Assembly (NCBI RefSeq): GCF_001194135.2
Contig: NC_068984.1
Location: forward strand, 124,057,071-124,121,070
From: Octopus bimaculoides
Taxonomy: Eukaryota
DNA length: 64,000 nucleotides
Direction: 5' to 3'
The notes under the pieces were generated by a model, which was not told the origin of the DNA, did not search any database, and saw only the letters and a program-made list of their open reading frames with translations. Below, piece by piece: positions 52,644 to 64,000 of the stretch. A program made the translations under genes and the position numbers. Position 1 is the stretch's first letter. Every line of letters starts with the position of its first letter.

Positions 52644-53174
52644 TGAAAGATGGAATGTTGGGCCAGACCTCTAGATTGCATGACAGTTTGAAAGAAAACG
52701 TCATAGTTCTATGAGCATCACCTGTATTTGCTTAAGTCTGATACCTAGATCCACATATAAGGCATGAGTCATTTGCACGTATCCATAAGCATGTCTTTGA
52801 AATAATTTTCCGAGATCTGTAGTTGAAATAATTTCCGGTATGCAACACCTGAATTTTCAGTACCGAAATACCTCCTCGGAAATTCTACCTGTAAAAGTTA
52901 ATTAATCATTCGTGTATTTTAGCGACTTCTAAATGAAAAATAACCAGTATCACAACAGTCAAATACAGCTGCAGTACATATTCAGTGACTTCTAATTTTC
53001 AGCAGATTCGCCGTCGTTAGTCTGACGACAACATGCAAGCTAAAACTTCGAGGTCACGCTAAATATTAATAAATATAAACTCTACAAAAAAATATCCTTC
53101 GGTTTCATATTAAATTGTTTTTATATATAACTTCACTTAGGAACAAACATTAATATATACATATATAGGCAAAT

Positions 53175-53383
53175 CAAAAATACAAACAAGAACAGAAAAA
53201 AACAACAAGAGTCAAATGGGCGTATGCAGTAAATGTATTACACTGACACTCAAGAAGGTTTAAGATGAAAAAAAGAGGGGCGTGACGTTTCGTACATCGC
53301 TCTTCGTCAGAAAGAGAAAAGAGGAAAATGTCCGGAGAGAAGGAAAAGAATAGTCCGAGAAAACGACATGTGTCGTTACATAT

Positions 53384-53385
<2 letters not shown>
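53175..53385 (-). mobile_element. Penelope-like terminal-repeat fragment with a degenerate hammerhead core
   Basis: Minus strand CUGACGA-AGAGCGAUGUAC-GAAA-CGUC (53284-53310); stems I and II poorly paired. Confidence 0.5.
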
Positions 53386-53465
<80 letters not shown>

Positions 53466-54069
53466 ATGTATATATATATANNNNNNNNNNNNNNNNNNNN
53501 NNNNNNNNNNNNNNNNNNNNNNNNNNNNNNNNNNNNNNNNNNNNNNNNNNNNNNNNNNNNNNNNNNNNNNNNNNNNNNNNNNNNNNNNNNNNNNNNNNNN
53601 NNNNNNNNNNNNNNNNNNNNNNNNNNNNNNNNNNNNNNNNNNNNNNNNNNNNNNNNNNNNNNNNNNNNNNNNNNNNNNNNNNNNNNNNNNNNNNNNNNNN
53701 NNNNNNNNNNNNNNNNNNNNNNNNNNNNNNNNNNNNNNNNNNNNNNNNNNNNNNNNNNNNNNNNNNNNNNNNNNNNNNNNNNNNNNNNNNNNNNNNNNNN
53801 NNNNNNNNNNNNNNNNNNNNNNNNNNNNNNNNNNNNNNNNNNNNNNNNNNNNNNNNNNNNNNNNNNNNNNNNNNNNNNNNNNNNNNNNNNNNNNNNNNNN
53901 NNNNNNNNNNNNNNNNNNNNNNNNNNNNNNNNNNNNNNNNNNNNNNNNNNNNNNNNNNNNNNNNNNNNNNNNNNNNNNNNNNNNNNNNNNNNNNNNNNNN
54001 NNNNNNNNNNNNNNNNNNNNNNNNNNNNNNNNNNNNNNNNNNNNNNNNNNNNNNNNNNNNNNNNNNNNN

Positions 54070-54110
<41 letters not shown>

Positions 54111-54419
54111 CAGAGAGAGTAACTGATAGAGAGATTGTGTGTGTGTGCGCGCGCGCGTGTATCAACAGTTATTGTACATATGCAGAACATCTGACAGCTG
54201 CCATAAAAGCTCGTTTATTTGTCCTGAGTTTAAGCTTACGAAGGCATCTCTACCGTTTTAACATCGTCGATGAAATATGTTTTGTATTCATTGTCTCCAA
54301 GTTTAACAATAGGCTCGTGTTTGCCTCATGTTTGTCTTGTATAATCGCATTCTTTTCCTTTCTTTTCTTCTATTTTATTTTTCATATTCCTTTTTTTTTT
54401 CTTCTGGCAGAATTCTTAG

Positions 54420-55010
54420 AGTATTAACATTCTGAATTCAAATCTCACTCAGGCCGTCTTTGCCTTTCATCCTCCCAGCGGTTGATAAAATAAAGTACCA
54501 GTGAAAAGTCACTGTCGATGGTAATGAATAAATCCCTTACCTCAAAATTAATGGCCTTCTGACTAAATAAAATACCCTTATTAAATGGCGCTGAGCAGTT
54601 ATAGTCAATAAAACATAGGACAAAATTCTTTGCAATAATTATTCCGGTTCTTTACTGTTTCTGAGGTCAAATACCGCCGGGGTCAACTTTGCCTTTCATG
54701 CTTTCGGAGCAAATGAAATAAAAAACCAGTCAAGCACTGGGATTGATGTAATTGGCTCGCTTCTTCCCGTTCAATTTTGAATCAATTCTTATTTTATTAT
54801 TATTCGTATCGCAAAGGTGGCGAGCTGGTATAATCGTTAGCACATCGGGCAAAATGCTTCGCGGCATTTCGTCCGTTTTACATTCTGAGTTCAAATTCAA
54901 CTGAAGTCGACTTTGCCTTTCATCCTTTCGGGGTCCAGTGAAAAACTGGGTCAATGTAATCGACTAATCCTTTCACCAAAAATTTCAGGCCTTGTGCCTT
55001 TAGTAGAAAG
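54420..55010 (+). mobile_element. Cluster of three SINE copies (GGCGAGCTGGCAGAA family)
   Basis: Repeated CTTTGCCTTTCATCC / GATGTAAT core at ~54450, ~54680 and ~54900. Confidence 0.8.
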
Positions 55011-55127
55011 AATTATTTATTGTTTTGCAAGAAACAAATTCCTGTTCTTGATAATTATATCTGGATATTTTCTCTGATATCATTTTCAGTCTCGGTAGTT
55101 TGCATTGCACCACACACACACATACAC

Positions 55128-55264
55128 TGAGGCATGGCAATGTGGTAAGAAGCTTGCTTCCCAACCACATGGCTCCAGGTTCAGTCCCAATATATGGCAA
55201 CGTCTTCTGCTTTTGCTTTGGGCCGAACGAATCATTATGAGTGGACTCGGTAGACGGAAAATCG

Positions 55265-55265
<1 letters not shown>
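55128..55265 (+). mobile_element. SINE 5' part (GTGGTAAGAAGCTTGCTT family)
   Basis: Homologous to the 46953 copy. Confidence 0.85.
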
Positions 55266-55299
<34 letters not shown>

Positions 55300-56232
55300 G
55301 TATATATGCATATATATATATANNNNNNNNNNNNNNNNNNNNNNNNNNNNNNNNNNNNNNNNNNNNNNNNNNNNNNNNNNNNNNNNNNNNNNNNNNNNNN
55401 NNNNNNNNNNNNNNNNNNNNNNNNNNNNNNNNNNNNNNNNNNNNNNNNNNNNNNNNNNNGGAGATATACAGTTGACAATTCAAAAATTAAAATTTATTAA
55501 CATAATATTTTATTATATTATATTTTGATAATAATATAATAAATAATATATATCGAATACAAATTACATGCAATTGTTTCGATTCTTACCTATAATAAAA
55601 TTACAAAATTTCATTGTTTGTGGGTAAGAATCTCTTCAGTGTAATTTTTGATATATGAGGATTCACAGATCCAAGAAAAGACTGAATTTAAATATATTCA
55701 TGTTTTCAAGCGTGCGCGTCAATAATTAAAAACAAAAACAAACAAAAAATTTAAAAAATGAAAAATAAACTAATACAAAGGACATAAAATATATTTGTAT
55801 ACTATTAAGTATTTTAATCTAAATATATCTTAGCTCATTAGTTTGTTTTTTTTAAATACCAGAAACAATATCTTAAAAATATATTTAAAAAAACCATGGC
55901 GAAATAAGAAATATCCCTTTCATTCTTTCATATTATTAAAAAATAGACGTTATTATAATAACAATATCCTATTTATCTATGGGTAAATAGCAAAATAATA
56001 TATTTCAAATTTTTTATCACCAAATAGCAAATAATATTATAAATTTCATTGCATTAATTATTTATAATAATCTTTACTAAAAATCAAAGATTAATAATTA
56101 AAAATTACGTAGTTTATATAAGAAAGAAACTTTGGAGAAAGAAACTAAAAAAAGAAACTAAGAAAGAAACTTGTGGAGTCAAACAGACATAGACACACAC
56201 ACACGCACACGCACAAAAACACACACACATAC

Positions 56233-56400
56233 AAGTATATACTGCAGGCTCCTTTCAGTTTTCATTTACCAAATCCACTCACAAGGCTTTGGTTGGTCCG
56301 AAGCTATAGCAGACGACACCTGCCCAAGGTGCCACTTAGTGGAATTGAACCTGAAATCATGTGGATAAGAAGTCAGCTTCGTGCCACACAGCCACGCGTA
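56233..56400 (-). mobile_element. SINE 5' part (GTGGTAAG family)
   Basis: Homologous to the 32183 copy. Confidence 0.85.
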
Positions 56401-56966
56401 CAGAAAGTGTAGATGAGCACAGACATACACAGAGACACGTACAAATACATACATATATACATGCCTACATACATGCATCCATACATATAAACAATCATAC
56501 ATACATACATACATACATACAAACATACATACATACACACACATGTTACAAATACGGAGGGGAAAGCACAGAAATGCCAACAAAAATACCATACCCCAAC
56601 AAAATAAAAACGATAATGATGGTAAAGGAGAAAAACAATAAAGAAAGCACAACAAAAGCAAACAACAAATGTTGGGGAAAAGCAACAGCGACAATGCAGA
56701 GAGAGAAGGGAGGAAGTCACGTGCCCCTTTTCCTGTTTGCTAGACACCAATCAGCACCCCTTCTATTGCCTCATTTGTAAAATGTTCTAGCTCTGAAAGC
56801 AGCTAAACCAAACGTCTGCCGAGAGTTTAAACGTTTCTAAGGTGAGTGGAGATGTTTCTTGGATTTCTATTTCGTAGACTTTTCTGTTCATTGTCCTTGT
56901 TGTTGTTCTTGATGTAGCCGTCGTCGTCGTCGTCGTTGTTGTTGTTGTTGTTGTTGTTCTTCTTCT

Positions 56967-56998
<32 letters not shown>

Positions 56999-57066
56999 TT
57001 CTTCTTCTTCTTCTTCTTCTTCTTCTTCTNNNNNNNNNNAGATTATCATCATCATCATCATCATCA

Positions 57067-57121
<55 letters not shown>

Positions 57122-57124
<3 letters not shown>

Positions 57125-57320
57125 GGCGGTGAGTTGGCAGAATCGTTAGAGCGCTGGACGAAATATTACGTTCTGAATTCAAATTTCGCCGAGGTCGCTT
57201 TTGCTTTTCATCCTTTCGAGTTTGATAAAATAAGTACCAGTTGAACACTGGAGTCAATATAATCGACTCATCCACCTCCCCTAAAATTGCTGGCCTTGTG
57301 GCAAAATTTGAAACCATTAA
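57122..57320 (+). mobile_element. SINE following a (TTC)n/(TAT)n array
   Basis: A/B boxes; tail AATTTGAAACCATT. Confidence 0.9.
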
Positions 57321-57669
57321 TAATGTTTTTTGTTTTATTAGCCACATGGGCCCACATAGAACATACTCGGACGCAAATATAGGGGCACAAACGGACAGAA
57401 ACGGAGAGGTCTACCGAGTAAACATTTAAAACAATAACAAATATTAACAATAAAATTAAACAAGTACAATTCCTCAGTAGGGTGGTGGGGGAACTTCCAA
57501 AGGAAAACCGTGCAAACCCCACAGAAAATCAGTTTCCTTGACCACTTAGGCAAGTATTTCCTCTCCCTTTTGCTCCATTAAGAAGGGCTTGCTCAGAGCA
57601 GGTCCGTTCACACGAACCATGCTCGCTACTCTCGTTCACCTTTCAATAAATTAAAACCATTAATAAGGC

Positions 57670-57714
<45 letters not shown>

Positions 57715-57723
57715 TAATAATAA

Positions 57724-58274
57724 TTGCCCGGTTGTAGTACCAGGCAGTGGCTCTCATGGCTTCTGATCTTAATTGATTGGAAGTGTTATCATGTATATGT
57801 TTTGTCTTGGTATAAAATATGGGCTACAGCAAATATTCTGCTTAATACCACAGATTTGCTAGTCATTTGTTTGACCTTAACCATTTGAGCATGTCCCTTG
57901 GTGGCTGACGATATGTGCATCTCTGATCCTGAGCAGAAGTAGTGGGAGAGCATCATAGCCATGAGTTGAGAGGAATTCTTTGGGGTTTAGATAATTCACC
58001 TTTGGTAACATGGGTGTTTTCCTCAAAATACTTAAACCTTATTCAAGAACCTTTTGAGCGGGATGGGCTACTCGACTTGAAGAAAATTCTAACTGGGCCC
58101 CACCTGCGAGATCATGCGCTGTTTATCTTGATATGAGATCACCATGTTGCGCACATATGGTTGTGGTGCATGTGTCTGTTGTACCCTTATCAGACGGGTA
58201 GTCATGTTGGGTATAATGGGCTTCGTATATTTTACCCCAGTGTCACTTTGATGGTATGAGCTGCTCTCTCACTC
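57724..58274. mobile_element. ~550-bp non-coding interspersed element bounded by (TAA)n on both sides
   Basis: Complex sequence flanked by (AAT)n at 57670-57723 and 58275-58311; recalled as an abundant octopus repeat; possibly a LINE 3' UTR. Confidence 0.6.
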
Positions 58275-58310
<36 letters not shown>

Positions 58311-58312
<2 letters not shown>

Positions 58313-58650
58313 GGCGAGTTGGCAGAATCGGTATCACACTGTAAAATGCTTAGCGGTATTTCGTCCGTCTTTACGTTCTGAGTTCAAATTTAGCCGAGGT
58401 CAACTTTCCCTTTCAATCTCTAGGGGGTCGATAAAATAAGTATCAGTCGTGTACTGGGGTCGATGTAATCGACTATCTCCCAACTCCAAATTTCAGGCCT
58501 TGTGCCTATAGTAAAAAGGATTCTCAAGGTGGTGAGATGGCAGAATCGTTACCGTGCCGAGCAAAATGCTTAGCACCATTTCGTCCGTCCGTATGCTCTG
58601 AGCTCAAATTCCGCCGAGGTCAACTTGCCTTTTATTCCATCGGGGTGAAC
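58311..58650 (+). mobile_element. Two tandem SINE copies (GGCGAGCTGGCAGAA family)
   Basis: 58311-58520 near full length; 58525-58650 is a 5' part. Confidence 0.88.
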
Positions 58651-59574
58651 TTTCAATTCACGAACCGCAAGCACCGATACTAAAAGCTATCAATATACAC
58701 TTAGTCCAGTAATTTATCTATCATAAAGTGGTAAGTTGGCTAAAGTAAGAATAACACAAAATGCACGGTTCGAATTCAGAAAAACTTCATTGGTTCCTTC
58801 ACACAAGACTGCCAAAGATAGCAGTTAAAAAATATTCATAGCACCTGTGGAAGCTGCAGAATCTCCCGAAGATTTGACCATTTCTATTGTTATTGTAATG
58901 GCATGAACTTTCCCTGCTATGAACTCTTTGCGTTGCGTGCTCAAATCCCACCGAAGTTAATTTCGCCTGTTGTCACTTTGTCCCCCCCCCACCCTAAAAA
59001 AAAAGTTATCAGTGAAATACTGGGGTCGGTAGTATCGATTAATCCCCTCTCCTCAAAAATTGTTGTCTTTGTGCCTAAATTAGAAACTATTATGTCTTGA
59101 AATGACCACATTCTTCCCCACCTAACCAAACTACAAAAATGCTTATGTTAAATATTAGAACAACATGAATGACCAAGTGGTTAAAATATTAAAGAACTAT
59201 CTCAATACATTTTTAAAAGTATTATCATATCTTTCTATTAATCTTCTAATCCGAGGAGAACAACACGTAGGATGTTCCTTAGTTTGTTCGCTCTGATATT
59301 TAGGTGTTCCATTAGTAATCAGAAGTGTAATGTCAAAGCGATTTTTAGACATCATGATACGCTTCATTTGGAATGTTGTTGTCAAGCTCGATCTCGACCT
59401 TATCTGGAGTATGTGCTAGCGTGGCTGAGTCTGGAATTGCTACGGTAACTACTCGGTCACTTGGAAAACAACTCGGAAACTACTAGAGATTTGATTCCAG
59501 TATTTCAACTTCTTGGTCCAAACGGTCTTCTCTATTACTGATTTACCTCTTTGACAGAACCTTTCTGGATGATA

Positions 59575-59900
59575 GAAACACCTTGGGCAAGTGCCTTCTG
59601 CTATAGGCTCAGGCCGACCAAAGCCTTGTGAGTGGATTTGGTGGACGGAAACTGAAAGAAGCCCGTCGTATATATACATATATATACACATGCGTGTGTT
59701 TTGTGTTTTTGTGTCGGTGTTTGTTCCCCCATCACCGCTTAACAACTAGTGTTGGTGTGTTTACGTCCCCGTTTCTTAGAATAAGTACCATGCTGAAAAA
59801 GAAAATAAGTGTTAGAGTCGATTTTTTCAACTAAAACCCTTCAAGGTGGTGCTCCAGCAGGGCCGCTGTCACATGACTGAAAAAAGTAAAAAAATAAACG
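59575..59900 (+). mobile_element. 5'-truncated SINE (GTGGTAAG family) with 3' tail
   Basis: CCGACCAAAGCCTTGTGAGTGGATTTGG ... GGTGCTCCAGCA. Confidence 0.85.
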
Positions 59901-60222
59901 AATAATAATGTGTGTGTGTGTGTATGTGCGTGTGTATGTATGCATGATAATATTATGTATGTATGTATGTATGCATGTATGTATGTATGTATGTATATAT
60001 GTATGGGTTGCTTTAATAGGCCTCAACACCTGATAATGTATGCACAAACCCGGAACGTTTTACCTGGTTGCATACATACATTCATACATACGTACATACA
60101 TACATAACCCTCCACACACATATATACATGTATGTATATATTAGTATGTATGTATGTTTGTATGTATGTATGTTTGTTTGTATGTATGTATGTGTGTCTA
60201 TATATATGTGTGTGTGTGTGTC

Positions 60223-60255
<33 letters not shown>

Positions 60256-60402
60256 TTGTGTATGTATGTATGTATGTATGTATGCATCACTAAATTTTGT
60301 AATTCCATAATTCCATTCTTTCAAAATCCATTTGTAACACAAAGACTCAAGTAATTTTCTATTGTATCTCACCCACCTCTTTCCCACATCCTTTCTGCCC
60401 TC

Positions 60403-60600
<198 letters not shown>

Positions 60601-61302
60601 ACTTTTTGTCATTTACTTTCCACCTCCCTCTCTGTTTTCATTTCCCCTTCTGCCCTGCTCCAGCTCTTTTATTTAACTGGTAATCGTGAGTAGACTTTCA
60701 TAGAATCTATTATGTAACTAATGAACAACAAACTCACTCAGCTAATCGCATCTTCTGTTCATTAAATATATCTCAGATTTTGAAATCCTTTCTGATTCTC
60801 AAGGTAACATTCCCAGCTGCCGCTGTCATTTAATCTAGAATGTTCTGGATATTTCTAATACTTCAACTAACCCCAGTTGAGATAAGGCACACATATCTCT
60901 TGGCCTCTTATCGATTTTCTATTACACTTTAAACTAGCAGCTATTTCTGCCGTGTTTCTGCAGTGTTGCGAATGCGTATGGTAATGTCGTGCCTATAAAA
61001 GCACATATGCATATATAAATTACTGCATGTAATCCTGTACATATGTTTGTATGTATGTATGTTTGTTTTATGTATGCGTTTGTTTGTGTGCGTGTGTGTA
61101 TGTTAATGCTGTTAGCTTCATTTGTCTGAAAAATCCATTCCTAACTCGAAGAATCAAAGCTGTTCTAAGTATGTTTGTACGTTTGTACGTATTTATGTAG
61201 GCTTGTGTATATATTTGTGTGAACGAATGTTATGTTTAAAAGCATTTTTGCGCGTCTGTCTACTTATCTATCTATCTATCAATCTATCTATTTATCTATC
61301 AA

Positions 61303-61402
<100 letters not shown>

Positions 61403-61614
61403 CTTGTTTGCATGTATGTCTCTAAGTTTCCACCTATATATCTATATTTATACATGTTTCTTTTTCTAGATTAACTAGATTAACACAATCCTGATGGAAG
61501 GAAATTTCGTGCTTTACAAAAAAAGCCCACTTCCAATGGTCTTGTTATCTGTTTTTTAAAGACATTTTTTGTATAAAATTAATAGTTTTTAATTTTAGAA
61601 TACAGTTTTTTATC

Positions 61615-62530
61615 ATGGCGGCGAGCTGGCAGAAACGGTAGTACGACAGGCGAACTGCTTATCGGTATTTCTTCTGTCGTTACGTTTTGAGTTCGAATTC
61701 CACCGAGGTCGACTTTGCCTTTTATCCTTCGGGGTCGATAAATTAAGTACCGGTTGCATACTGTGGTCGATCTAATCGACTGTCCTCCTTCCCTAAACAT
61801 TTTCGGGCCTTGCGCCTGGAGTAGAAAAGATTACATTTTTTCATATATTGTTACTGTATAAAGACTTTTTCCTGCGTAGTCAGAAGTTTGCTTCCCAACC
61901 ACATGGTTCAGAGTTCAGTCCTACTGCGTGGCACCCTGTGCAAGTGTCTTCTACTATTACTGCGGGCTGATCAAAAGCATGTGAGTGGAAACTGAAAGAA
62001 GAGTACCGTATATCTTTTATCTTATCTTTCAGTTTTTTCAGTCATTAGAATGCGGCCATGGTGGGGCACTACCTTGAAGGATTTTAGCAGAATGGATCGA
62101 CCTCAGTATTTTTTTTAAAGCCTGGTACTTATTTTATCAAACTCTTTTGCGGAACTGCTAAGTTACGGGTACGTAAACACACCAACACTGGGTGTCAAAC
62201 AGTGGTGGTGGACCAAAAACATAAATACACACACACGCACACACACACACATACGGTAGGCTTCTTTTAGTTTTCACCTACCAAATCGACTCACAAGTCT
62301 ATGGTCAGCCCGTGGCTATAGAAAAATCAAGTTTCTTACCACAAAGTCACACCTGCACCTGTGTATATGTGTGTATGTATGTGTGCATGTGTAAGTGTGT
62401 GTGTGTATGCGTGTGTTTATTTGTGTCTATCCCTCGCCACCGCTTGAAAAACGGTGTTGGTATGTTTACGTCCCAGTAACTTACCGGTTCGGCCTAAGAG
62501 ACTGATAGAATAAGTACCAAGCTAAAGAAA
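61615..62530. mobile_element. SINE cluster of mixed families and orientations
   Basis: 61615-61830 GGCGAGCTGGCAGAA (+); 61880-62030 (+); 62020-62330 (-); 62400-62530 (+) tail. Confidence 0.8.
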
Positions 62531-62959
62531 AAGCAAAAAACATGAAATGAACTACTTTTTTAAAAACCACTATAATCGTTTCGACACGCTTTTACACTCG
62601 TAACACATTGGGAAGATGTGTAATCTCCATCATCCATCTGTGGTAAAATGCACCTCTTCAGGTGGTTGCTTTGAATAGTCCCTTCGTAAGTATGTATGTA
62701 TGTATATGTATATATATATATATATATNNNNNNNNNNNNNNNNNNNNNNNNNNNNNNNNNNNNNNNNNNNNNNNNNNNNNNNNNNNNNNNNNNNNNNNNN
62801 NNNNNNNNNNNNNNNNNNNNNNNNNNNNNNNNNNNNNNNNNNNNNNNNNNNNNNNNNNNNNNNNNNNCCGTCGTATATATGTATATATATATATATGTGA
62901 GTGTGTGTGTGATTGTGTGTGTTTGTGTGTGTGTTTGTGTGTGTGTGTGTGTGCGCGTT

Positions 62960-63340
62960 CCTTCATAATTTATGTAAATTACAGCGTCGGAAGTTAAATA
63001 GTGACAAGATTGACAGTCCCATAGCTTGTCTGGAATCGAAGTGAGAAAATCCACTCGGTCCCTCTCTTACTGAGCTCCATTATCTTTAGAAGAAAGTTTC
63101 GCACGGCAAAGCCCTCTAGTCTCATCTAGCTCTTTCCCTGCTAGAAAAAAAAGGTAAAAGCCTCCTTCAGAAAGTGTTCCTGATTCTGCAAGACGTATCT
63201 GATGGAGTGTAGTGATGTCCATTCCAAATTTTAGAAGTTCATTGTTAATCACTGTTGCTTTTCGTGCATCACTGATGTTCAGGAGGTAACATGACAGTCT
63301 CATGATCGTATTCTCTACATTCCAGGATTATTGACTGAAT
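62960..63340 (-). mobile_element. RTE-clade LINE apurinic endonuclease (APE) N-terminal fragment
   Basis: DARKATVINNELLKFGMDITTLHQIRLAESGTL ... IFSLRFQTSYGTVNLVTI.LPTL. Confidence 0.8.
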
Positions 63341-63479
63341 GTTGGCTTTCAATTGTTTTCTGACTCTTGGTGCATTCTTAGCATTCGTACTTCTGACTAC
63401 TTGTATCTCTAAGCCCTACATAACCTACGCATTGAGGCACACTGACTGTGGTGTGATAGCACCTAATTTGATGGTTTCT

Positions 63480-63645
63480 GTTCTATATTTAAGAGATGAG
63501 GTATTATGTACATTATTTACATTTGACGGATACTTGTCCTCATCTTGTTTGTTGTTAACATGTTTCAGCCTTCTTCGGTTGTCTTGGGGGAAATTTCGAA
63601 CCTGGGTTCTCATTCCTAAGCTGTTTTTCGATGTTATTATTATTA
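63480..63645 (-). mobile_element. Second copy of the hammerhead-tail element; ribozyme core disrupted
   Basis: Matches 49575-49750 but lacks GGCTGATATACCCTCC and has lost CUGACGA. Confidence 0.85.
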
Positions 63646-63659
63646 TCATTATTATTATT

Positions 63660-63975
63660 TTATGTTTGACTTTTGCTTTGCATTTGTACAATTTGGATCC
63701 AAGTCTCACCCAGAGACCTCAAGAGACAACAAGTTAGAAGTTCATGTAGGTGTTATGCCTAGGGTACCATATATTTCGATTTGTACATAGTGTTGTTCCA
63801 GAGAATGTTTAAGAAACCATAAGAAAATTATGTGTTTGTTTTAATATTTGAGATCACATAGACAGTATTTTACGTAGGATATGGGCAGTTCCCATGAGCA
63901 CTATCTTTTGAACTTCAGCCATTTTGGGGTTTCCTGGTATCTGAGCTAGGTAGTAATCAGCCCGTTTCGCTGTCA
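63660..63975 (-). mobile_element. R4/Dong-like RLE element 3' end and UTR inserted in (TAA)n
   Basis: IPGNPKMAEVQKIVLMGTAHILRKILSM*; flanked by (TAT)n on both sides; UTR matches 10377-10603. Confidence 0.88.
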
Positions 63976-64000
63976 TTATTATTATTATTATTATTATTGT

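Larger units (their letters stand above)
49150..54340 (+). pseudogene. Right arm of the inverted duplication: decayed unidentified ORF with promoter-like block
   Basis: E-boxes at 49157-49164 and 49212-49221, TATAAG at ~49279; remnants such as TKITLPKQIIDEFVKQYEAKFCKLKEVK and QSELLAILSLQY are homologous to the left arm. Confidence 0.65.

Noticed and set aside
59197-59385. 62-aa minus-strand ORF in unique sequence
   Set aside because: No motif, splice sites or family recognised; within chance length.

Overview
Eukaryotic, AT-rich, microsatellite-saturated animal DNA from a gapped draft assembly (about a dozen large N-gaps). The repeat families and a TMEM131 exon point to a coleoid cephalopod, probably Octopus; this is inferred from repeat recognition, not proven. 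Almost all ORFs in the supplied track are microsatellite or N-gap artefacts. One host coding exon is confidently recognised: a 114-nt phase 0-0 TMEM131 exon on the minus strand (33575-33688) with strong splice sites. The rest is dominated by (i) three or more tRNA-derived SINE families, (ii) LINE fossils (a 5'-truncated RTE with a 13-bp TSD, and a nest of R4/Dong-type RLE elements inside trinucleotide microsatellites), and (iii) Penelope-like, Tc1/mariner, pogo and Helitron fragments. Most notable observations: (a) a short element joining a tRNA-like (B-box) head to a minimal Penelope-type hammerhead ribozyme, present as one intact and one core-deleted copy; (b) an old inverted duplication spanning about 12 kb (arms ~42.3-46.2 kb and ~49.1-54.3 kb) carrying two head-to-head decayed copies of an unidentified ORF, whose E-box/TATA promoter-like blocks look better conserved than the coding remnants; (c) three near-perfect long hairpins. 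All translations and alignments were done by eye, so boundaries of degraded elements are approximate.
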